DNA of 63,768 nt, counting the filler, from Perkinsus chesapeaki ATCC PRA-425 (taxonomy: Eukaryota; Protista; Perkinsozoa), in the NCBI GenBank assembly GCA_013115145.1. It is 10 parts of 10 records of this genome, joined end to end, with 100 filler letters (N's around TTAATTAATTAA, not from the genome) between each part and the next. Parts side by side here need not be neighbours in the genome. Positions count along the whole stretch, not along the records: positions 22,353 to 40,117 come from JAAPAO010000679.1; 9 more parts are not named here. The stretch is one strand, 5' to 3'. A model generated the notes under the pieces. That model saw nothing but the letters and a program-made list of their open reading frames with translations, did no database searches and was not told the DNA's origin. Below are positions 24,217 through 35,392 of this stretch, piece by piece. Within the stretch, counting starts at the first letter, position 1; every line of letters starts with the position of its first letter. The translations under genes were made by a program, and so were the position numbers.

Positions 24217-24519
24217 TGGAGTATCCGACAGTGCAAAGTGTTGAAGCTTTTGGGAGGCATCGGGAATATAGGGTACTAGGCTATGGTCTGGGGCGCGATG
24301 TGATGTAACAAGAGAAATACTGTGTAGTGCAGTAATTGGATTAGTTGACCGGATAGATGAGCACATTAGTATTAATAGTTTGGTATAAATTAGTTGGCGC
24401 TAGTGGCGTGTTTTAATTATGTTAAAAAGCATCTCTTTCCCGAACTCAACGTGATGGAGAATATTTGGTGTTCGGTTTGCTAACCCTGTGTAATGTATGG
24501 ATCCCTCGTGTCACTACAG

Positions 24520-27500
24520 GTTACACTTCCCGCATCTCCACCGACCTCTAGTGATGGTTCGGTACCACCTATAACGATAACAGTGGCACAGATAGTAGGA
24601 GAGACAGATCTTATGGTAATATTGATAGACTTGCACTCATGTTGACTATTGCTGATTGATGATATTATGTCTTTAATACTTTCTCAAAAGCTTTCCTGCG
24701 GTGTGTGATGGAAATTGAGGGCGAATTGGCTATCGTGAATTATGCATTCTCGATAGCCAAGTGTGAGTATGTTGGAAGCTATATACAAACTGGTCAAAAA
24801 ATATACAAAATTTTTGACCAGTCTGGACGTATACGGCAACACTGCCCAGACTAGGTAGCCTCTCGTTGAGGAATGCTCAGGTCCATGCATGTGGCACTGA
24901 ACAGTCATTGGCAGTCTCTGCTGTGGATGGTCCAGACACAGTAACGATTACAAATGAGCAGTTAACGGGTGCTGGATTGGGGCCAGGATCGGAGCTATGT
25001 GTGGTGGTTAAGACTAATAAGCTATTCGCCAGTGCATCTACGTAATGGGGAGGGGGTCCGGTGATGTGGTTTAGGGTTACAATGGGGAGGGGGTCCGGTG
25101 ATGGGGTTTAGGGTTACAATTCTTGTTCTGGTTGATTTATTTGTCTGGTTAAGTTCAACGTCCTTTATTGTGCATATGTCTCATATTTATTAGTATCTTA
25201 TATCTGGATGGCCAGCCGTTCTAAAATTAGCATTTCTCGAGCCGGGTCGAGCTGTGTATGCTACCGAATATCGCTTGTATGGTACTAGGGATTCTTCTGA
25301 TTCTAACAAGTGTCATATATTAACACATCATAATAAGATCAAGTGATACATAACTCTCATTAATGTTAGCTTTAAATTCTCCTGTTCTAGCGTGTACTAG
25401 TAACTGTTATTTATATGACATGTAGCTATTACATGTTCCCTATTCCCTACTGATTATAACTATTATTGCTATTTTGCCAGCATCTTCACCGCCTGGTCAT
25501 GGTGACGTTTACGGTAGGTTCTGGTTGGTTGTATCCCAGAGCCCCCAAGGTCCGTTTGTGATGCAGAGTCTGCCTATGTATGCTGTTATACCGGGGAAGG
25601 GGCCACAGAGGGTTAGGAGGTTCAGGACTTATTTTAATAAGGGTAGTAAACCGAGGGGAGGAGAGAAAATGTGGATAGTGTAGACGATTGTGGTGTGGCA
25701 TATGAGGAGATAGTTGCTATGAATTGCTTGAATAATTAATTGATATTCAATATCCTTAACTGATGTATTCATCCCATATTGCCGAATATGCAATAGTAGA
25801 CTTTTCAGGAATGTGGTCGGAGCGTTGGGAATTTGTGGCGGTGTAAGGTATGCAATCTATTATCTTATTGATATATAGTTATCGATGAAATGCCTTATAG
25901 TAATCCCTATACTCACAGTGTTATGTGGTTTAAGCCTTTGTGCACTGTTCAAGCCGAATGATGTTTGCTTATAAGGTACGGATCTCACCATCACTGCTAA
26001 TCCTGTGACGGCCAGTGCGGTTAAAGAGGCATCTAGTAGACCTGGGGAAGTGCAGGTGGGATTGGGATGTACGCTCGAACATGAAAAGTACACTTTGGAG
26101 CTGCTTGTTGGTGCATTTGGAGCATATTGTCCATTGAACTTTTTCCTCTATCCCTGCAGTAGCAGTATATTTTCGGGTAGAATTTGAGATGAATTATATC
26201 CGGATAATTACTTAATCCTTCTTATATATCCGGATAATTACTTAATCATTCTTATATTTCCGGATGATTACTTAATCCTTCTTATATTTCCGGATGATTA
26301 CTTAATCCTTCTTATATTTTCGGATCATTTATATCTCTGCTGTAGGGGTGCTATCTGACGCTTGAGGAGCGGAACAATGAATCATTTGGAGGGGAGAAAC
26401 AACACATTCGTTTTTTGGCGAATGCCTAATTTCTAGGCTCTACGTGCCTTCTCGCTTGTTGCGATTCCAAAATTTCATGGTAATAAATTGACTTGTTTAA
26501 GATGTCGCATGTTGAAGCTGTTATATTTCGACTCGAGAACTTATTCATTTTGTTTTATTGATTAGCATCAAGTTTGTCTTTAGTCTGGCTCCCTGCCACG
26601 TATAGTAGCTGATACTACTCCGAATGGGCAGACGTGGAAGGATCATGGTGATGGTCATATCGCCATAGACAAGTCTAGTTTGGATGGTCATGCTGGTCAA
26701 GGAGAAGTTGTATATGTATCTGTATCACCACCTAATGATTGGCATGAAAATTCGGAGATGCCATTCGAGCTGACTATCACTACCAGTAATAGGGTCGGCG
26801 GTTGGTGTCTTGGGGTTGAAACTCGGGGCGAATGGTTTAATATTTACATTGTCATTTCGAGTGTTTATGAGGTCCCCAGTTTTAAGCTTGTAATCTCACT
26901 GAGGCCTGTGAATGCTTGAGGGTATGAGTGGTGCTGAATGTGGTAGTCATATATCATTAGCCCAAATTCGAGGGCTGTTATTTAGAATGTCAAGCTTATT
27001 CGTATTGAGCCTATCACACAAGGGTATGTGTTGTACGTGTTTCATTAGTACTATCAACATTTAGTAACTCACCAGTTTCATACTCTTCATCATATGCGGA
27101 CAGTTAAGATAATGCTTGTTATTAGCGCAAGAGCATGGACGATCTCGAGACCGCTGGAAATCTCGTGTTTGCGGATGGGGCGCGCATATTTGCCACGTTG
27201 CAGAATTTCGACGGAAGCCTTGTGAATAAATTGACTCATAAAGCTGTTCGATATGTCAGGTAGTACAGTACGAGATCTCCAAGATGGCAAACCTGTTACT
27301 GTTACCATTAGTGATTCAAGGAAGTTCAGGGATTTCCGGTACTAATAGGGGGCGGAGCGGGGGAAGGGGGGTGTATGAGAGCCTTGGCCAGCAAACCCTA
27401 ACTGTGGCAGTGTTGTTTCAGTTGTTGTTGTTGTTGTTGTTGTTGTGAATGTGAATGTGCATGTGAATGTGCATGTGCATGTGCATGTGAATGTGAATGT

Positions 27501-30500
27501 GAATGTGCATGTGAATGTGAATGTGCGAGTCGAAAATACAGCAGAGTCATATTGAACTAAAGCAGACTGCCTTAAGCAGTCGACTAGAGTGTGCCTAGAT
27601 ACTCATTCGGATATTGTCTGCATGCCTTTCACACGCATGTCCAACGTTGCGTACACCTCACCAGAATCACCATACTGTATCCTGTTATATTGGCATGTTG
27701 GAGTGGGCGTATGTGCTCATGCGTTTTCCGGGGGCCTTCTGCTGTTTCCAACAAGAAGCCGTGTGCCTTTCACGGCGAGTATCTATGAGAGCGCGCTTAC
27801 TTCTTTCCGGGCCTGTAGAGATCAACGGCCTTCTGAACAAGGGCAATCTCTTGCACCTATTTGAGGAAGGATGGCTCATCTTTCTTGTTCGGGTTGGATA
27901 TGGCACCGTTGTGATCTCATTTGTATTTAGTTATTGGGTACCAAAGCATGCTAGAATAGTCCTGTCCATAGTGGGGGACTCCTCGAAGGATGGCAGCGGT
28001 CTGGCTATATTTGCTGATACTACCAGATACAGTCACGATCCACGAGGGTAATGGTAAAGGGGGGAGGGCGGTAAAGTTGTGTGGGGAAGGCGCATGATTC
28101 GCATGGTTTTGGCAAGAATCTGGCTAATGCTCATGCCGCTTCTTTTCTAGAGTTCCGTCGAAGCATGATGTTTAAACTTTATGCCGAAGTACGTTATCAG
28201 GTATACGTTTAATACCATGGAGGGATCTAATGAGATATTCTTGACGAACATGAAGTACTATGCGCAGTCGCATCCAGGAAAGGTGATGGGCATGGGTGGG
28301 GGTGGGTTATGGGCCGGTAGTAGGATTGACGGAAAACTGGTGTGGATATGAAGCTGTATTGCTCTTTATGAGGTGTGTGGATGGGGGTTACGTGCAACGA
28401 GATTGAGATGTACAGGGACTTTGCGTCGGGCGATTTGAGGGAAATGTGGTATGAATACCGAGTATCTCTGTATGTTATTACCGTGAGATGCTGCAGCGTG
28501 ATTTAAGGGAAATGTGNNNNNNNNNNNNNNNNNNNNNNNNNNNNNNNNNNNNNNNNNNNNNNNNNNNNNNNNNNNNNNNNNNNNNNNNNNNNNNNNNNNN
28601 NNNNNNNNNNNNNGTGGTATGAATACCTAGTATCTCTGTATGTTATTACCGTGAGATGTTGTAGCGTGATTTAAGGGAAATGTGGTATGAATACCTAGTA
28701 TCTCTGTATGTTATTACCGTGAGATGTTGTAGCGTGATTTAAGGGAAATGTGGTATTAACGTTATTATTGAATGTCAGGTTCAATATATCAATTGCGATA
28801 TGGGATATATTTACCTAACTGTCAAGAGCTGTGCTGTGAGTAATGGTAAATGTGTAGAGGATGCATCAGTAGCATCTACCTTTACATTAACAGTAGCCAG
28901 TGATGCAGGTAGTAGGGATGGGGAATGGACTTATGGAGGCTGTAGGATATCGCTGGGGATTCCAATCTACAAAATTTAGAAATATTCGGGTTGGTTTGTG
29001 TATCAATATTTAACAGATATCTCAGTGAACCACTCGCGTGAGAGTAGGCAATTGTTTGATATCACAAATGATTTTGAGGCGGAGGGAAATGAGAGTCGGC
29101 GATTTGCATAACAGTTTCGAGCGCACTAGAGATAGCGGTATTCTGGTAGAGATTAGCGTATCTTAAGTTGATTCACGGTTTATGGCGGCTGGAGATGGAT
29201 TTTACCACTACTGGCAATGGTATAATACGTTTCGTGTGCTACTTTTGGTGATTTTGAATGGAGTATTAGACTCGAATGGATAAGGGTGAAATTACTCATA
29301 CTAATAATTAAAAAAAGTTACCTTTGTTGTGGATGTCAGGATCAACCCATGTCCAAGATGGTGTGCCTATCCATCAGAAGGTTCATATGGCTAAGAAGTT
29401 TGTATACACGAATCCGATGGTAGATAAGGGAGAGGGTAATAAAAAGGATAATAATGAATCCGAGGTAGTGTGGCGGCAGGGGGCGGACGGCAATATGGGA
29501 ATATCCTCGTGTGGTTCCTATGGCGATAGCAGGAAGAGCTAGCAGTAGTGAACTGCTTGGCCGGCGGGCTAGCCCAGCGCTGGTACTAGTCGATCGACTA
29601 ATACTCTGGCCGAAAAATGGCCATGGGAGGATAACCATAGGCTTTCGCACTTCGTGCGTAATTTCTAGAGCGAATTGGTGTGGGATTCGGGGCGCGTGAC
29701 TGGGGAAGGGGTACTCAATTGTCGATGGCTGTTGATGTGTATATCTTTTGACTTCAGGGGAGCAGTGAGGTTGATTCGGCTTCGGCGTCGGCGGCTATCA
29801 ACTTCAACGATTTGCTTGTTAAAGCGGCGGTTAATGGGGGAAGAGGGTCTCTTATGTTAAGCAATGATGAGAATTTCGCGACAAGTAGGATGCGGGGATC
29901 GAACCGGGGTTGGCAGGTGTTTAAAATTAGGCACACAGGCTGTATTTTGCGGCTATGACGATGCTGGTGATACGAAGGCAGATGGAGGCAACGTCTGCAC
30001 TTTTGTTATTAAGAAGGATGATCCGATACGGAAAAGCAAATATATTTATGCTAAAATGGTAATAGGGAATACATCGCTCCGTCGGGTGGGAAGGACTTGC
30101 GGCGGTGATATGAAAATGAAACAGTTCGTTTCGAGCATTTGGTTTCGAGGACACACTTCTTCAGCCGAGGAGTACGGTGGTCGCGAATCTTGCGTTTTTC
30201 ATTGATCAACAAATTGATGAATTGAGCTCACGGGTGTGAAAAGTGGGTGTGGGTGACGGTGGTCGGCGTTTATTGAGAGGCGATGGAGCAGCGTGGTTGA
30301 TGGAATATTTCAGATACCTGATTTGACGGACTCGACGGGAACTGCTCTCCTGGATTTTGACTTCCTCATGGCCGATGTTGGTGGTGAAATTGTTATGAAG
30401 AATCATCAGCCGGTGAATGATGCTATGTTGAGTGGTGGTAGTAGAAAGTATAAGATATTCATACCGGCATCAACGTCAAGGTGGGTATCTTAGGTTGGAG

Positions 30501-33388
30501 CGTGTAAGATACGCAGGTGTGGTATTTTTCAGCTCTTCGGGTACGCCGTCTCCTGTGTCTGCGATGTTCGATGTTTCGAAGACTAGTGGACCGGTGGAAA
30601 TTGAAATATGCGATGCTGGACTGTAATAACCTTTCTGGGAATTGAACCCGGGTCTTTGGCATAGAAGGCTGAAGGCTTATCGTAATGCGCTATTCAGGAA
30701 CTGCAAAACAGTGAAGGGAGATGGGTCCGTGCAGTTAGAGGAGGAAGCTAGCAAGGGGAATGTAGCTGGGAAATGGATGCATGTAACGTCAGCATTTGCT
30801 AAGTGTTATTAGATAGGAAGTGTAATCGATTTTAGGTTCGCGCCAAATGTGAAGGCAAGTGCTCCTATCGTCTCACTGGTGCGTTCTTCTTGAAGTCCAA
30901 CTCGCTAAGACTTAATTATCGCCCAATGACAGTCCCACTGGACGGTGGCAGTTTTAAAGACTGTAATCGCATGGGTTCGAACCCTGGTTAAGACGTTTTT
31001 GTAGGGATGGTCGGGTATAAGGACACTGACCATTGGCTGCTGCATACGGAGGTTAGAGGGCAGGAGGCGGATGCAGTTAAGACCTGCATCAAGGATCAAT
31101 GCTGTAATAGGGAGGCTATCGGGTTAATGTAGACTAGGAATCACGGTCACTCCACAGTCACCTACTATTCACTAAAAACTCTTGAACGTGAATTGGATTT
31201 TAGTGGGCTGATGAGCTTTAGTGAATTTTTGAAGCCATATCCAGGCGACTAGGTTGTGATCTGGCGAAGAGGCCGTATGATGGGGGAAAATGCAAGTTTG
31301 GTCCAATTTCAGTTAATAATTATTTATAGTTCTTGTTGTGTAATAGGCTGGCATGGCAGGGTTGACTTTCAGGCACGGCAGGATCATGTACGCTGTATGG
31401 GTTCGGAAAGGAAATAGCGAAACTGGAGAATCTTAAAAGCGACACGATAACCTACGTCCAGTTGTAAGTGTCACATGCATGCTTTAAGCTTGGATATGTT
31501 ATTACCGTGTAGATGGGCTACGAAGTTGAGCTTCCCAGCGATGGACGAGTGGTTGGATGTGACCAAACGAGGGAGTAACATCTATAGGCTTAATACCAAC
31601 TCGTTGGTGTCGTTCGATGCGGAGAAGTCGAGCACGGTAGTATTTGGGACGGCTGCTGCTGCTGGAGAGTGCGTCCAGTGCGATATGTTTACTATAGCTG
31701 CATTGAGATAGCTCATCCAATCGTTATTCTCAAAGGCATTGTGTGGTAACGTAGTTTTCTTGGGATAATATTGCCTATTTTATCATAATAATCTCGTGCT
31801 TCTTTGTGAACCACTGTCGTTGTTTCTCAGTTCAGCACTGGTGCTAAGGTGTCAGTCTCGGACTCCCTGTTTGGCGAGTATAAACCCTTGAGTGGCGAGA
31901 ATGTTATGGATTGTACGGGTAACAGGATTAAGTTTGTGAAGGTAAGGTCGCGTCTTTTTAGCCTAGTGGTTAGCGTGTCTGTAGGTCGATGGAGCGTCCC
32001 GGGTTCGAATCCATGCGCCGTTGAATCTCCAAGTTGGCGAGTGGGCTTACAATCCTCATTGGGTTATGTGGGGCGGCAGTTCTATTAAACAGAATGTACA
32101 CGTGGAAAGCTGCAACTTGGAACCAGCCGACGTGCTCGTGAACGGTGAGGTTGGGTGACGGAGCAATTATTACCATTATTACAACTGCTCGACACGGCAC
32201 CAATTCAGTGGTTTGTTAATTTATATTATCATCGGATAAATGACTCTGCCGTTGAAATTATTTAGAACAGAAGAACGTGATTGTTGTATCATGCATTGCT
32301 CGTTATTAAGGACCATTTCAAAAGCCGTTGAAATTGGATAGTGTGAATCTATGTCAGCAACATAAGCATTGCAATGTATGTGATGGACTGTTCTATCACT
32401 CTACAGATTACGCAACAGGGATCAATATAATTTTTAAAAGTATTTCAGAAAGATGTATGCTGCTGTTGATATAGTTATTGCGGCGATTCCAACATAAATT
32501 ATTTTCCCAGGTACCTCAGTTGATATGTCCTCGGCGCACAACTATGCCGCAAATGAAGCAAATTCGTTACTACTGACCGCCGGTGATGCCACAGTAGCGT
32601 ATCGTGTAGGCCTATTCAATCAAGTAAGCTATTAGTGGATTAATATTGTCTAGCCAACTTTCTAACATGACGTTCGTGCCCGCTTAGTCAGTTTATGGGC
32701 GGCTATTTGAATGCCGTAAAATGGTTAACCGTTATTGGTGGATTGTGGTAGTGTGTGCTGTAGTGAAAGCTGGTTGTAGAGTCTGAGCGTTTGTGGGGAA
32801 ACTGGTAGCAGGCCCGACTATGAACTGGTGACCAGGGTGATAGTTGGCTCCCCAAGAAAGTGTATCCAGAACTCAATTGCAGCTGAGCTTCCGGCGTGTT
32901 AAGCTGCAGCAGCTACCTAGGATAAATCGCCTGTTGATGGTTAGTGCAATTTTTCTCCTATGAGGCTACGAAAACGCTTACGTGTCTGAGTGTTTTCAAT
33001 GATAACTGTACTTTCGCTCGACCAATGTTGACATACTGGTTCATGTATATATGATGTCTAATGCTAGGTACCTATACCACTAGCAGTTCATTCTACTAGA
33101 CAGAGCTTGGATTTCATGGCCCCGTCTAATGCACAGAATAGTTTGTAAGCTGGCAGGGAGGAGCTCTGAGAGATTCTTCACGAGAAATTGGAAGATTTGA
33201 AAATTGGTTTCCAGAATATGCAACCGATTTCACTTTTATTGAACGGCCAAGTTAGACCTCCATTTTCCCCATTTTTTGCAATACTACAGTGTGAACCAAG
33301 ACTTGGACTATAATCCTGAGGGTGTCCGAGCAGCTCAGGAAGTGAGTGTAATTTGCCTTTCTGTTTCTAGATACCGAACGATATGTAG
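24520..33388 (+). CDS. Very long multi-exon membrane protein (Cys-containing extracellular part, TM segment(s) near C-terminus); may be more than one gene
   Basis: Many short open exons joined by 30-90 nt introns (e.g. 29885-29930, 30623-30664, 30963-31004, 31942-32033). The exon from 32034 encodes LTILIGLCGAAVLL. A terminal exon IPNDM-stop ends at 33388. Confidence 0.35.
25044..25120 (+). repeat. 37-bp tandem duplication, 2 copies
   Basis: aatggggagggggtccggtgatg(t/g)ggtttagggttac x2. Confidence 0.9.
26194..26328 (+). repeat. Intronic 30-bp minisatellite, about 4.5 copies
   Basis: tccggat(a/g)attacttaatc(c/a)ttcttatat(a/t) at 26199, 26229, 26259 and 26289, with a partial copy at 26319. Confidence 0.9.
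27421..27525 (+). repeat. Compound microsatellite (GTT)n + (GTGAAT/GTGCAT)n
   Basis: Direct inspection. Confidence 0.95.
28432..28756 (+). repeat. 68-bp minisatellite spanning an N gap
   Basis: Period 68 (28446/28514; 28614/28682/28750). Confidence 0.9.
31952..32023 (+). pseudogene. Degenerate tRNA-like relic inside a 92-nt intron
   Basis: A-box TAGCCTAGTGG (31959) and B-box GGTTCGAATCC (32002) at tRNA spacing. Acceptor and T stems do not pair. Confidence 0.55.
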
Positions 33389-34662
33389 CCCCAAATACTC
33401 TTCGGCCAGTTCATGTGCATTGGAGCTTTCTGAATCAACACTGCACTCGGCATGGTCGAGCTGCAAGGGCGATCGGCGGTGTACTCTTGCTGTTCCATCC
33501 GAATGTAAGAAAACGTTCATGCTCCGGATCGAACCCTCTTCCCATAAAAACTTTCGGCGAGGCCAGCTTATAACTTTTCATTCTCAGGTCTTGCCGAGGG
33601 GTCTCGCCTGAGTGTAGAGGCTCGTAAGGGTCCGATATACGGCTTGTTCCATCCAGCAACCATGACCAGCGCTGGAGTGGCTGACAGTGCAGCCGCTGCC
33701 GAGGGCAAGGACGGCTTGGGAGTAGTCGAGGATTTGCCCACTGGTAAGGGCGCTCGAAACGGTCGTGGGTTATTCTTAGTGCAGGAAAGCGGTGGACTTG
33801 GACGTCTGTGTTGCTCTTATCGTTTGTGGCTTATATGATAGTAAGGTGTATTTATAACATGCATGTGTATGGTGCATCTGGTACAGAGGCAATACCACAT
33901 ATGGATGTTATTAGACATGGAATACTTCATTTACAAAGACTTAGGTGAGTTGAAGCACGGTTGGTCGGTGTCACCTAAATCGCGTTGAGTAGTGCGAAAT
34001 TACGACCTTGGAATGAATGTGTAAAGTCCCTTCTAATGAAGCTTCGATGACCGAAATAGAGACAACCTCATTCTTGGGTCTCCGACATTTGAGTCGTTTA
34101 TTCTTGTTGTTTTAGGTGGTCCAAGAAGTATCCCTTCAGTCATTCCGATAGCAGTAACCATATGATGGAGATGGGTACAGAGATGGACTATCATGACATT
34201 GAGAGCAATGCTAACAACAATAGCAACAACAGTGGAGGTTATCGCCGACACGATGTCGGCCAGCAATTGACTAGTCGACCAAATTCGACCTACGCTCCGC
34301 TGCGTTATGAGGATAGTTTGTAGAAGAGTAGTTAACGACGACGACGACGTGAATGAGTTTCTTATTTGGCTTTGATGATGACTGAGTAGATAGTATCTTT
34401 GCTTCCTCAACGAAAATTACCTATTTTGTTCGAGGCCATTAATAGCAGTGTTAGAATGTGTCTACGTTGTCGTTGTAGATATAGTCGACGCCGGTAACGA
34501 ACGGAGCTCTCCGAAAACGCTGACCGTTGACGCTGGAGAGTGCGAAAAGCCTTCATAGCTTTTCGCACTCTCCATCTTGGGAGATGTTGACACTGCCAGA
34601 GCATCACGCCTCGTGCTTGCTACAGACTTGTATGGTGCGCTCGTTCCACAACGCCGCACCAC
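33335..34662 (-). CDS. Multi-exon hypothetical protein(s)
   Basis: Open minus-strand segments, one hydrophobic (ADIVSAITSTVVAIVVSIAL). Putative intron 33522-33574. The model is weak. Confidence 0.25.
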
Positions 34663-35058
34663 TCCAGTTGCTGGAGTTCAGCATGAATTCTCAGCTTCCA
34701 CCAGTGTCGGAAATTGCATAGGTTACCCACGTACAGTATTTATAATTCCCGTTGTGTCTTCTTCCGTGTGATATCTATTTATGAAGCATGGAGATGGAAA
34801 TTAGCCACAAGTCCTAAGATTTGAAACTAAAAGCTAATGCTCGTACTTCACCACTAATAAATTTAACGCGAACATGCAGCTTTGAAGGACTCCTTCAAAG
34901 CTGCACCCACGCGAAGCGTGTCGGGTACTCCTTCATAAGAAGTGCGCAAGTCTTCAGTGCCTCCGCTTATTTACTAAGGAAGTGCGCTACTCCTTAATGA
35001 GCTCCGAGAGGTATGGCACCCAAATGGTTGCTGCACGTGCATGTAGTTTTATTGCTGA

Positions 35059-35392
35059 ATGTATGGCGGTGGTTCTTCTTCGTCATCAGCGGCTGGGTCA
35101 TTCCTCTATCGTTTTGCCAGGAAGACGGCCACAGCAATATGGATGTTTGGGCCACCACTTGTTTGGGTTAAAGATCGTATTGTCGACATAGAAATAGTAA
35201 GGTGCTTATTCGCTAACGCATCGCACTATAAAGAATATCTTATCAGGTGCAGGGTCATTCAATGAGCCCCACGCTCAATCCGTATACTAGTGGCATCAAG
35301 GGATGGTTTAGGGACCGAATCCTTGTGTTGAGAAATCTGGCCATTGGACCTGGCGATGTTGTCACTTTCTATGATCCTTTCAATCCTAAAAG
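35059..35392 (+). pseudogene. Mitochondrial inner membrane peptidase (S26, IMP1/IMP2-like), N-terminal half
   Basis: Intron 35197-35246 gives DIEIVQGHSMSPTLNP..RDRILV..GDVVTFYDPFNPK with the catalytic Ser. No downstream exon with the catalytic Lys box was found. Confidence 0.65.

Noticed and set aside
25070-27402. Telomere-like TTTAGGG (twice in the 37-bp repeat) and AACCCTAAC (about 27394)
   Set aside because: Single units only. TTTAG is also a common splice acceptor.
26194-28756. CRISPR-like arrays
   Set aside because: The repeats are head-to-tail with no unique spacers, there are no cas genes, and the context is eukaryotic.
31952-32023. Functional tRNA gene
   Set aside because: Acceptor and T stems do not pair and there is no 7-nt anticodon loop. 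Kept only as a relic. No intact tRNA or rRNA gene was found in the window.
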